DNA of 63,665 nt, the filler included, from Hausera hauseri (lineage: Eukaryota): the NCBI GenBank assembly GCA_046269625.1. It is 10 parts of 10 records of this genome, joined end to end, with 100 filler letters (N's around TTAATTAATTAA, not from the genome) between each part and the next. Parts side by side here need not be neighbours in the genome. Positions count along the whole stretch, not along the records: positions 16,866 to 25,583 come from JBJURY010557673.1; positions 25,684 to 29,683 come from JBJURY010828083.1; positions 29,784 to 34,489 come from JBJURY010468023.1; 7 more parts are not named here. One strand, written 5' to 3'. This document shows positions 22,201 through 34,589 of the stretch, piece by piece (within the stretch, counting starts at the first letter, position 1; every line of letters starts with the position of its first letter). The translations under genes and the position numbers were made by a program. Under the pieces are notes generated by a model. The model had not been told where the DNA came from. It was given only the letters and a program-made list of their open reading frames with translations, and ran no database searches.

Positions 22201-22480
22201 AAATACGCAGACAATTTGTTTCTCTCGTAAACCTGTGATAAGAGACTGTTAATTTCAGAATGCAACAAGATAATTCACTCTATCACCCAGCGAAAGCAAA
22301 TTTTCCCGAATATTATTAATGGTATTGAAAATTGGAACGTGATTGTTGGAATCAATCTTCAACGAAAATTGATTTTCCGAAAAAGAAAAGTGTTGGTTCA
22401 GAATGGCTTCAATTGCTTCACACGATGAAAAAATTTCAGATTGTTTTTTAAAGTTTTCGCTATTTTTTCTAGGATACATT
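19300..22480 (-). CDS. Large coiled-coil protein, frameshifted or pseudogenised (core ORF 19779-21950)
   Basis: 723 aa E/K/L/N-rich heptad-like ORF. Similar composition continues in other frames on both sides. Confidence 0.6.
20950..21250 (-). repeat. 126-bp (42 aa) intragenic tandem repeat, about 2.3 copies
   Basis: KISELEETNxKLLEDNExxLNNILxVEEKYNTCLEEYN occurs twice, followed by a third KISELEE. Confidence 0.85.
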
Positions 22481-24829
22481 CAGATATATATATTGTTCGA
22501 TAAACGAATGGTAAAGGGTTCCGAACATTCATATTTGTCTGCCAATTATAGCTTTAATCCTTTCGAGATATACCTTTGATCGTTTTCCTTGAAGGGTGAC
22601 CAGTCGATCGTCCACAACACGGTAATTGGTATGCAGAGACCGGAGAGAGTAGCACAATGGTCTAATGGCACCAAACAATAAATCGGCTGCACCACAGTTT
22701 TTAGAATGCCGTACCTGTCATTTTTGACCGTTTTCTGTGTTTGTGTATCTATCCTTGCGTATACTCATATTGGGTAAACTACTGTGTAAATTAATGTTTT
22801 AATTCGTTTTATGACGTTCATAATTATATCCATTATGACGTGTTAGACTGCAATAAGCAAGGCTTATACCTAGAATGCCGGATCGGTCATTTTTGACCGG
22901 TGTATAAATTACATAATACGGGTTGAATTTATATTTAGTAAAGCAAGGATATAGTAATTGAAAAGGTTAATAGTAATCATAAATGCATATTCTTATTTAT
23001 TAATCGTGCATGGTGATTGCGTTAGTCGATAATTACTCAGATTTGTGTTAACTGTAATCATTTTATTTTATCAGTTCTTATGAATACTACTGTTGGAACC
23101 TGACTGACTAGTTGGGAATCCGGAAGACTTGAGGTATAGATAAGAAAGGTGTATATAGTATATATAGAGGTATGTATGTGAGCATGCGTGTGTATATGTA
23201 CAGAACGGGGTGAGTGAATGGTGACGTTGTATATAGATATATTGTACATATATTTTTATGTTTATCATGTGAATTTTGTGTGGAATTGAGATTGTTTGGA
23301 AGAGATCTGCGTGCTTGAAAATGTAAAGTAGGCGTGGAAATATAAAAAAGAATGTGTTGTGACTGCTATAAATAAACGGCCGGGGTCGACATTCAGGGGA
23401 GCCGGAAGACGAGAGTGGCCGAAATATTGATTCCAATTGTTAACTGAACTCAACTATTTATAGTCTCTCATCGTGTCAAAAGTACGCCGAGAAAAATCAA
23501 AAACCGTCATAACAAATATTCGAATTCATAACGATGGAACGACAATTTTGAAATCATTAGGAGTTGGAAAGGAGGGAAATCAAGAAATAAATACAGTAGC
23601 GAAAAACCAGTAAATAGTTGCATGCGTACTCAGATTCGGATGTTATCAGTTGAACTCAAAAGAAAATTATTTCAAATATAACAGCAACTACAAATAGAAT
23701 CAGAATTTGGCAAAAAATACTTGGGCATCGAGTGTACCTTGTAATAGTACTTCAATGCATTCGAAATAATTTTTTCTGATGCATATCCTCTTGTCATTTT
23801 ATGAGATATTTATAGACACGTGGAATATCGAATTTTCATCATTTATAAAACCATCGAAAATATCCACACAGAAGTTTTAGGTTAATTGGACAAAATTTCA
23901 TCATAGGCCAATTCTTAAATTATATGAATCAAGAATAAAACTAATATACAGTGACAACAATCAGAGACCCAATACAGTTTTTATAAAAGTCTCGTCGTTG
24001 TTTCTGAGTATTGAAGGCTACAACAGAAACATATTTGATAATCGTACGAAAATGAAACGACAAATGATAAATACTTAGACACCACTTCAAATATATTGGG
24101 TTATATATAATATATAAAATTATATAAGAGAATATGAAATTGATGGAAAATGGATTGATTGATAAAATGATGAATACAAAATTTAAATATTCTGATCTAG
24201 AAGTCCTGTTATGGACAACTTCAAAAAGATCAAATTTTATGGAAAATATCAAGAAATTTAGTGAAAACTATACATCAGTTGATGCAGAAAAGCTTGGGGA
24301 CCACGTCTATGGATCCTTTCCAAGAAAGGTAAAAAATCCGAGTCAAGAAGGACGAAAAAACAGAGATGCTTTCGTTGTCCCAAATGATTAATTGCAGTTT
24401 ACAATTATGTAATTATGAATTGCAGGAAATTAATCGTGTGATGATAATTAACCACAAATTAAGTCATGGAGAAAAGTTATTGAACGAAGAAAGTAAGAAA
24501 AATTTCTCGAAGAACGAGGATACTATTCAAAGAAGATTGAGGATACGTATTGTTGCAGGACATTCATATATACGACATCTAAAATTTGCACTTATTCTCA
24601 GTGATGAAATTAAGAAAATAAACATTGGTAATAATTTCATAAATAATGAACTATGCTTCCACATATACTTGATTGTGTTTATTAAGAAAGAAATGGGTAG
24701 AAATGAGGCCGAAAAGAAGCATACATGTCTCGTCTACGAAGAGAACAGTAGAAGCGATGAAGAAACGACAGATCGCGACAAATTAAGGACTGAGATGGTT
24801 ACTAAACTTGACAGCTTATCATATGAGGG

Positions 24830-25580
24830 AAAAGGTGACATTGCTCCGGCTCTTAGTGAGTCAATTGTGATTGGCTTGTGGTTGGAACGGTTGAAAAGTA
24901 GTTTGAATTATATAGTTAGTTATTACGTTTGTTTTCCTGGTTTCATGGTTGTCGGCTCGGGCCGTATAAATGTACGCATGGTTGTAAAAATCGACGTGTA
25001 TGTTTGGAAGCTCGTATTCAAAGGTGGAAAAATTCCCCCGCGGAGGAGCACCGCGTTAACAATGGCTAAGTGTGGTTGCAAAATTAAATTAGACGTTTTT
25101 CTATATTATTATATAATGGTAAACACTTTTGGGGAATTCAATCGACTTTATGGACCGTATTTTATGGGATCAAAGTCAAGAATAAAAGGGGTAATAAAAG
25201 AGAAACAGACCTGGAAATTGGGCCTTATGGGATTTGAGATGGGTTTAGAAGTACATGGGTTCGGGGAAATCATAAATAAAACTTTCGGATTCGATAGAAA
25301 CAGTAGCTTGAGGAAAAGAAAAATTTATTTAATAGAAGATATGCTTGGTTTTGGGATGGATACACTATGCAACATCTATAAAAAATCTCCAAAAGGAATC
25401 TCGTTAATTTGCGTAGCCGGTTTAATAAGACAAAAAAGCAAGTATCAAAATGATTCACGAAACATATGCAGATTATTTGGTATATTTTTGTAAAGAAAGA
25501 AGGTATAACTTTATATAATTTTGTGAAAAAAAACGCTGAGCTATGGGGTAGCAGGAAAATAAAGCGTCGCAATTAATTAT
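24830..25580 (-). pseudogene. Possible decayed non-LTR retrotransposon AP-endonuclease region
   Basis: Minus-strand fragments TFIRP and RSNHKPITI resemble APE motifs (T(F/Y) and SDHxPI). Weak. Confidence 0.25.
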
Positions 25581-25976
25581 GAANNNNNNNNNNNNNNNNN
25601 NNNNNNNNNNNNNNNNNNNNNNNNNNNTTAATTAATTAANNNNNNNNNNNNNNNNNNNNNNNNNNNNNNNNNNNNNNNNNNNNGTGCAGATTTCCGATTT
25701 CATATCACTGGTGTGATCGCCAGTAAGAGAACTAGAAGATTCCATATCAATTTATATTTCTATATATAATTGATATTATTCAAACAAATTATCACATTTT
25801 CTAACTAATTTAATTATCAAAATAGAAATTTAAACATGGAAATGTTCAGCCAATTTAAAACACGGATTCATTTAACAAATATATATAATAACATTGTTTA
25901 TTATTGTGCTGTAAAATATTTGTTTAAATATTTGTTTGAAAAGTATCTTTTTCAAAATTATTTTTATAAATTTGGT

Positions 25977-26961
25977 ATGGCCAACCGAACTGTTCGAGAT
26001 GCTCATACAATTCATGGAAAAAATCCCCAAAATTTAATTGAAAAGGTTATTAGAACTCGGATATATGATTCTAGATATTGGAAAGAAGAATGTTTAGCAC
26101 TTACATGTAAGTTGTAAGTTTTTTGTTATTTTTTATTTAAATTTTGCTTTAGCTGAACTCTTAGTTGATAAAGCTTGTGAATTAAAATATATTGGCGGTG
26201 TTTTTGGTGGAACCAATACTCCAACTCCATTCTTGTGTTTATTGCAAAAGCTACTTCAGATCCAACCAGATAAAGATATTGCAATCGAATTTATCAAACG
26301 GAATGAGTTTAAATATTGTCGAGCATTAGGAGTCATGTATTTGCGTATCACCGGAAATGCTGTAGTAATTTACAAATATTTGGAAACGTTATATAATGAC
26401 TATTCCAAGTTGAAGAGGCAAGATCAAGACGAAAAGTTCACGATTACCCACATGGATGAATTTATCGACGAATTGTTGAGAGAAGATCGAGTCTGCAGTA
26501 TTGTTTTGCCGAGATTACCAAAACGAGATGTTCTCGAAGGGTCTAATGAACTCGAGCCAAGAGTTTCAATACTCGACGAAGATTTGCAAGATCTAATGTT
26601 ACAAGTCGTTGAAGAAGAAGAAGAAAAAGAGGAAATGAGAAAACGATCAGACAAAATTACGGCTAAGGAAGAAGTCAGTCGACGAAAACGAAGCCGTTCA
26701 AGAAGTCGGGATAGACGAAAATCAAGAAGTCGTTCACGAAGCCGAGGGAGATCTCGTTCACGTGGTAGATCACGATAGAGATCGAAAGACCGTGCTCGTA
26801 GACGTTCGCCGAGACGTGATCATAAAGATCGTAAACATGATAAACGGGAGCGTTCTCGCGATAGATCAAGAGAACGAAGATACGACAGAGAATCGTCACA
26901 AGATCGCAATAAAAGAAAAAGTGATCGAAAAGACTATGATAAACATAAGGACAGATATTAA
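25977..26961 (+). CDS. PRP38: Pre-mRNA splicing factor PRP38 (PRPF38A-like); exons 25977-26106 and 26153-26778, or to 26961 if the TAG is bypassed
   Basis: MANRTVRDAHTIHGKNPQNLIEKVIRTRIYDSRYWKEEC; PTPFLCLLQKLLQIQP; HMDEFIDELL; RS tail; 46-nt GT-AG intron. Confidence 0.93.
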
Positions 26962-28484
26962 TCTCGTTTTGTGGATTCTTTTTATAAATATGTTCGCTTA
27001 ACTTTATTGTTATTTTATGTAATATTATTATTAAGAGATATGTATAATTTTCTCGATGTTAGAGGCGCGTTGAAGCTCCGTGTATTTTTACTCTTAATGG
27101 ATCAGTAAAACGAAGACCAAATATTAACTTTAATATAAAATGTAATTTACTTTCTTCGTAAGCCGTTGCGTAATCTTAGCCCCATTATTATCAAAATACT
27201 TTGAATCAAATGACATCACATTAATCGACGCCCACTAAATTTACAAAAATAAAAGTTTTATCAAAAACAATAACTTTTTTATACATTGAAAATGAAAATT
27301 TTGAAACGGTCGCAATTATTTTTGTGAAATGATTGTTATAAAAGGGTAAAATTTATTTCTCTTTAATTTATTTTCTGTCAGGTTGCAGATTAATTTAAGT
27401 TTTCATTTATCCCAAATATTATTCAAACTTAACAAACCAAAATGAAAATGAAGCCATTGTGACGGATTAGTTTGATTGATAGTCTCTTTTGGTATAAATG
27501 CAATTAAAGAAAATATTCTGTTTTCATTCGAACATTCATATGGTAAATTAACAAGTGTAAACTTTATTGTAGTTCATATGTTTCGAAAATTCCGTGAAAA
27601 TGAGACATTCGTGGAACACAGTGTTGTATACGGTGGGTGATTCTCACGTGTTTACCGAGTAAATAATTCTAAATTCAAATAATTTCTGATGGCTATCGCA
27701 TAGGAATTGAAGAGGGAACCAAACGTTCGGCAAATTAAAGTAATCAGACTGAATGGTGCGACAAGTAAATCTCAAAACGAAATGCCACCATATAGTTCCA
27801 AAAATGTAAAAATTATGTATTTGTGGTGATAAAAGTTGATATAAAAATAAATATCCTTGTACAGAATCAAACAATGCTTCATAACCAAAAAAGCTAATCA
27901 AAACATTTGAATTCGAATTTATTGAATATGATACAACACATTATTAAGGTCAAGTCACATGCCACAGTTTGACGCATCATTTACAATACTGCATCACAAA
28001 ATATTTAAATTCAAAAGATTTTTGATTAGATTTTTGGGCATGAAGCACTTTTTGTTTCTATTTATATTTTTAATATCGATGGGAAAATAATTATTGAATG
28101 GATTGGTACTTTTAATCATTTAGAATAATAATCACTTTTACTGCCTTTCAAAGTTTGTTATTTTAATTTATATGTATAAAACTGCAAATTTTTAATGGTT
28201 GAAACATATTTCTTACAAGTAAAATTGACCATTCTTTTCACCCTCTGACATCATAATTTTCATTATAAGAATTATTTCCATGTATAAACAATTGTTGACA
28301 CGCAATACTCGATATTATGAAAATTCGTTGTTAATGTAAATGAACTATATTGAAAGCATAACGACAAACATAATTTCAACATCATGTAAAATTTGTTTTA
28401 AAATAATGTAAAATTTCCAATTTCATTAATTTTTCCATTATTTTTCAAACATTCTAGATAAATTATTAGTAACCTAAATTTTCA

Positions 28485-29006
28485 ATGTCTTGTGATGTTA
28501 GAGACATTCTATCCATCGAGGATTCTTCGTCTAAAAAGCAGAATTTATTAGATAAGGATGTTCTTTTAAGCAGTACAGAAAAAGTACGAATGCCAAATTT
28601 ATGGTAAAAATAATATATGTTTAGAAACCCGTTAAGAAACAAGAAAACCAAAAGAGGCCTCGAAACATTCCAAGGGAATTATGGGGATTAAAAGATACAT
28701 TCGGAGGGTCAGTTGATACATTTTTAAAAATTTCTTTTAGTAACAAAATTTTTATTTGGTATAGTGATTTTCCATCTATATTACCTGCTCCAGAGGTTCA
28801 GATTTACAAACAACCAAAGGCCCAAATTGCTGGAAAAGTTCGATCATGGGTTTGGACAAGTTTTAAGAATTCGGCAAGAACTGTATGGGATCTTGTTATA
28901 AAATTTTTTGTTATTGATATCTTAGGACAATTTAATGCTTCATCATTGGAAACGATTTGATCTTATTGATAAAGAGAAGGATTATTATTTTGCTCAGTTT
29001 AATAAA
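28485..29006 (+). CDS. DMAP1: DMAP1/SWC4 5' exons: 28485-28583, 28625-28707, 28765-28882, 28926-29006; rest not found
   Basis: Spliced translation MSCDVRDIL...KRPRNIPRELWGL...KVRSWVWTSFKNSARTDNLMLHHWKR...DYYFAQFNK. Introns of 41, 57 and 43 nt, all GT-AG. Confidence 0.85.
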
Positions 29007-31744
29007 GTAAATATGATTCATGGTCTGTCAAATATTTGTAGTGGTAAATTACGGATTTATTTCTGTTTGTGATAAACTAAGAATAGTTTCATAAAATAGT
29101 TTTTCACATTAATTTTTATAAAATAGTTTTGTGTAATTATTGTATTAGAGTTAATAGAGTAATTCGCATACAATTTCGACAAATGTTCTAGTAATTGTTC
29201 CATTTCAATTGAGAGGTTATTGTGTTGTTAAATAAGAATATTTGGCACACAATGTCTTTATCCATGAATTTAGGGAATTGCATATTTGTAGACTTCTATA
29301 TGATTACGAGGTAATTTGCATATTTTATTTCCGAATAATTCCAGAAATGAAATATATGTAAAACTAAGCTAAATTTAATGTAACCGAGGAAACCATATTT
29401 TCTAATAATACTAGATGAACAGAAAAAAATCAAAGCACGATTAATTGTTACAGATTGAATTTTCGAATCTAATATCAAATTTTGTATGCACCAGATGTCA
29501 TAATTTGTGTTCAATTTCCACTACATTTGTCGTTAGTTTGCTATTATTAATGTCTTCATTTGCGCGATATTAGAACATTGAACAGATTCTGCAACATAAT
29601 TGTCCACAAAAACTGACATTTTTATGAAATAAATTGCCTTTTGGTACTTTGATTCTCAGTAATCGTTACTGATAAAATTAAAGNNNNNNNNNNNNNNNNN
29701 NNNNNNNNNNNNNNNNNNNNNNNNNNNTTAATTAATTAANNNNNNNNNNNNNNNNNNNNNNNNNNNNNNNNNNNNNNNNNNNNGTTCAAGTAACTAGGGA
29801 ACCTCCGTGACCTAGATTATGACAAGATGCACAAAAGTGGCCAGGAGTTGTTGCGCGAAATGTGAAATTTTGTCATCTGCTACCGAGACCATCCACAACT
29901 TATAATGAGAATGGCCATAGACCAGTGAGTCGCTGTCATGTTTCATAGCAAATTATCGCAGCATGCCAAGGTACATGTAAAACCTGTTAATATTCGAAAT
30001 CGTTATTCATTTCTACATGCGCCTGATAATTTTTAAACTCCACACTTAATTAAAAGTAACCCAACAACGCACTGATTCAAACCCACTACTGCCGGCGTAC
30101 AAGTCAATGGTCAGCCACATTGGTTTGCTAACGGCATTCTAATGTGACATTTGAGGAGATTCCATAACATTACGTGAGCACGCACGCAATACAGACACCC
30201 ACACTCATCAGTATTATACACTTTTTCATTAGCCTGAGAAATTTGGGCGGCGTGCCTTCTCACGTAAACTTGTTATCGGGTATGGAAACGTACAGCATAC
30301 TGCGGATACATAATGTGATCATCCATGATGGTCTGTATAGACAGTGTTTCTGACACCGAATGTGGCATTTGCAGAGATGCCAGAACATTACGAGAAAACG
30401 CTCGCAGAATTTATAGTAATGAAATTGTGTATTAATCTGAAAAATTAACAGGTAAGGGGCACTTCTCGTAATGGTTTTGTCGACAACGGAATGGCAAATA
30501 TCTATGAAGTCGGATCAATAACACTGCGTTATCAAGAGTTGGAACAGGGAGCGCCCAGGAGTCGGAGCCAACAGTTTTGTGTCCAACTCGGCAGCCCTAC
30601 TACAGGCATGATTTTTTTTTACCTGTAACTGCGAGGCAGACTAATCCACTCAAATAGCATGATCATGTCCTAGGATAAAGACCCGACAAAGTAGATATCA
30701 CACAGCAATTTATTGGGCATTAAGAAATGCCTCTCTATTCCTCTCGGTCTTTTGTTAGCTTGTAGTTCCCGCCTGTTTTTCATACCTTTTCAATCAGCCT
30801 TCCCCTGTTTTTCGCAAGTCACAGCAGTCGTTTACAAATCTCATACTACATACTGCTGAGCCAAGGCCGTGCAAGGGAGGGGTGACTGAGTTGGTAGGAC
30901 ATGTCGACACTGACCTCCAACTATTGTGTGGGGTCCCATTTATCTTGTAAAAAATCGGTAATGAAAATACTCAATGCGCTGTCTGAAACTGAGCCTACAT
31001 TTTATTATGTTAATTATTAAAATTATCTGTTCATAACCCACAAGAGATATGTTTCGCATTTATTAAAAAACTTGTAATCCATTGGAAACAGACAGCAGAA
31101 CAGCAAAAAGCATTGGCGACAGACGAGTATCCCTAGATAGTCAAGATGGTTGTGGGTTGCTATACCAGCGGGCTGGCGCTACAAATGGGAGGGGAAGGGG
31201 TGGGATTTAGAAAGGATATATCCGGAGATTATGTCGATAAATAAAACCTGTGGGCGAAACTGACAGCGATGGACGAGTGTAAAATACAACCATGCTGCCA
31301 GGGAAGATACGAATATCATAAACTGCTCATTGTCCTAATCTCATTTTGTCTTGCTCGTTGTATGTCAGCTTTTGCTCGTTCATGTTAGATTTTCGTTTGC
31401 GGTCACAATTTCCAAAACATTAACTGCATTTATGTATGACCCCCTTATTATTCTAAAGCTTTTCATGATCAAGAACATTGGTCGTTTTTTTTTTTCCATA
31501 CATTCTTAATGAACACATATCACTGATAATGGTATATTAGAAGAATGTGATTTTGTTAAATCCATGATAACTTACAACGAAATTTTACACACAAAAAACG
31601 ATTACACCCCAGTGTAAATGCAAACATCAATTGGAGTCATAGAGTGTAGTGCTTGCGTGTTATATTGTGACAGTTTTGATTTATGTATACTGAATAATAA
31701 TTTCTTGAATAAATGTTCACTTTATAGATGATCGGCTGATCAAT

Positions 31745-34489
31745 ATGGCGTGTACGAAGACAGTTGCAGACCTAAAGTCTTACCTTCAATCATATCCTGC
31801 AGAATACCCGATCAAGCAAGGGTACATTGCGAGATTACTTTGTGAGGGTAGAAGCAATGAAGAAATTATGCAGCAGTTAAAATATATTGCCGTCGGCAAA
31901 GAGATAGATAAATGTATAAACGATAAATTGGTACGGGCATTTCTGATTCGTTTTGATAGAAAATTGAAACAAAAGAAAGCAAACATCACTTTTAACTGGT
32001 TACAGCTTACAAATTTATTTACTAAAAACTATGATGTACCATTTAAAAAATGTACTGGTTTTCTTTCTTCACAGCTGTTATTAAATCGCACAAAACAAAT
32101 TAAATCCACAACAACTGTATATAAATTGAAAAGGCATTGTTTAAGTTGTATATCAAAAATAAGAACACAGATAAACTTAGCAAAAGATAATGCATATTTA
32201 CGTAAAAAAATAAAAGAAATGAAGAGAAACACCAGTGCATGTAGTAATGAATGCAGATGTGAGAAAGAAATTCTTAAAAAAACAACTAAAAGTGTAGATA
32301 TATTGAAACGCAAATACGTAAATGAAAAAGTAAACAGGACACAATTGATAATATACAAGCATTTGTGGTGTAACGAGAAAGAAGCGAATCGGCTTAAAGA
32401 ACAGTTAGAGAAGTGTAAAACAGACATTTGCGTTACGCAAAAGGAACTACAGGAAGTCAGACAGTTTAATGAGAAAATAAAAATTAATATTAAAGAATTA
32501 AGGCTGAAAGCGAAAAAAAGAAGTTGATGAAATGAAAAAGCAAAATGCGAAAGATATCGCAGCAGCTGTGAAAGAAACAGATTCACAGATAAGTTTTTTA
32601 GAAAATGAAACACAACAAATACGAGAGAAGCTTGATGAAATGACTGAATGTAGTGAAGCAGTGAAAGAAGATTGCAAGACGTATGGATGCGACGTCAGGA
32701 AATGTGTGTACAAATGTCTTGTAAGTCAAGTCAGTGTGGATAAATGCTCCGAAATTATTAAATACGTAGGTGAGTGTTTGTTTCATAGGAAAGTTTCTTG
32801 CTTACCCGTAAAATCTGTCGTTGCGAATATGTCCTACGAGCTGGGTGTTTTGTCAGATATGCTGGTGGGCTACCAGCTGCACAAGATGCAGGGTGTTGCA
32901 ACGTTAGCATGGGACGCTACAAACTTTCAAGGCTCCCATGTTAATGAAGTGCATATAGAAACAGGCTCTGGCAGATTTGTAGTAAACATTGCAGTACTTC
33001 CTGGCGGTACTACTGCCGACTACTTCCACCAGATATGTGAAGCTCTCCTGGCTGTAATCCGCACTTACAGTGATGCATTTAATCAGGCGGAAACAGATGT
33101 CCGAAACATAGTTTTCGGCAAAATAAGAAGCTGCATGACTGACAGAGCAAGAGTTAATCACTCTGTAGTGCAGTTACTCCAGGAAGAGTTTGACGTGAAT
33201 GTGGTGGAGCTAAACTGCCTAGTACACCCGTTAGATGGTCTGGCTTGTGCTGCTAGGAGTATACTCATGACACTTGACACCAAGTGGAGAGTCCAATGCC
33301 AAAAAATACCTGGTACCGAATGTGTTGCAGCTACCCTTATTTACTGCATTTCCAAGCTGAGATACAAGAAAGGAGCGGGCGATCCTGCTGGGTTTAGGAT
33401 ATTTTTAAGACAAAAAAATCTCAGACCAGGCCTAATCCTCAGATATGTTGGAAACAGGATTAATGTCCTGTTTCGCATGGGGGACATCGTATTCCTTCAC
33501 CGAGATCAGAGAATTTGATGTGAATCGACGCCAAAACATATATGGCACTGAACCGAATGTGTTGCAGCTACCCTTATTTACTTTTTTACTTTCATTTCCA
33601 AGCTGAGGTACAAGAAAGGAACAGGTGACCCTACTGGGTTTACTGCATTTTAAGAGAAAAAATCTTAGACCCGGTTGGAAACAGGATTAATGTCCTGTTT
33701 CGCATGGGGGCCATCGTGTTCCTTCACCGAGACAAGTTGCTAGAATATATGAAAACATGTATTCGCACGCAACTGAAGGAGCTCATAATAGAACAGTTGC
33801 AGAACGATCTGGTTATGATCCAGCTCCGAGCTCTTGGGCTTTTTGCAAAAGTTCTGACAGAGCCATGGATGGGTGTGTTCTATGGAAATGCAGCGAAAAG
33901 ATTCACTCTTCAGCTGAACACATACATCCAGACAGGCGTTGACAATCTGAGGAAACTCAGCCACGAGCCAGACCACATATTACACTGCACGGAGGATGTA
34001 TTTGGGCAGCCTTTAAAACAATCGGATGATGTTGCGCGACTGCAAAATGTGCAGCGGAAATATAAGCAACATTTCACATACGCTGTTGCCGAGTTAGCAT
34101 CTTCATTTGAAGATGTGCTTAACAGACAACTGGCGCGTCATCTCAGTGGTGATCTGGCTGTTCCATCCGATGATATGCTGGCGAACACTGCATCAGCTCC
34201 CGCCAACAACATGTATGCGGAGAGGGTGTTAGGCATGACAGATGCTCTTTGGCGACGAGCTCCAAACGCCACCTGTGGCTTCATTAACGGCAAGGTCAAA
34301 GGTAACCTAAATAAGGTAATCGACTGGTTGGAGACATTTTCTGACAATGAGCAAAGAAAACTGGTTGCCTTTGCCACTAAACGCGCGCGTGAAGTGCGCA
34401 AAGCTAATGAAGCCAAAACTCATCTACTCCATAATGAGATGGCTAGGCATCAGAAACAGCATGTGCAGAAGATGGAAAAAACCAGAAAG
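31745..34489 (+). mobile_element. DDE transposase with CxxH motif (hAT/P/MULE/Kolobok-type clade), disrupted by a frameshift and an internal duplication
   Basis: LAWDAT (D1), MTDRA (D2), NCLVHPLD (CxxH), NNMYAERVLG (E). N-terminal coiled coil. Frameshift at the A-run near 32513-32519. Confidence 0.7.
33315..33731 (+). repeat. Diverged tandem duplication (~190 bp) within the transposase
   Basis: 33315-33504 and 33552-33731 share accgaatgtgttgcagctacccttatttac...gttggaaacaggattaatgtcctgtttcgcatgggg. Confidence 0.85.
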
Positions 34490-34589
34490 NNNNNNNNNNN
34501 NNNNNNNNNNNNNNNNNNNNNNNNNNNNNNNNNTTAATTAATTAANNNNNNNNNNNNNNNNNNNNNNNNNNNNNNNNNNNNNNNNNNNN

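Noticed and set aside
24366-25493. 375-aa plus-strand ORF as a real gene
   Set aside because: No motif and an implausible composition. More likely an antisense shadow of decayed retroelement sequence.
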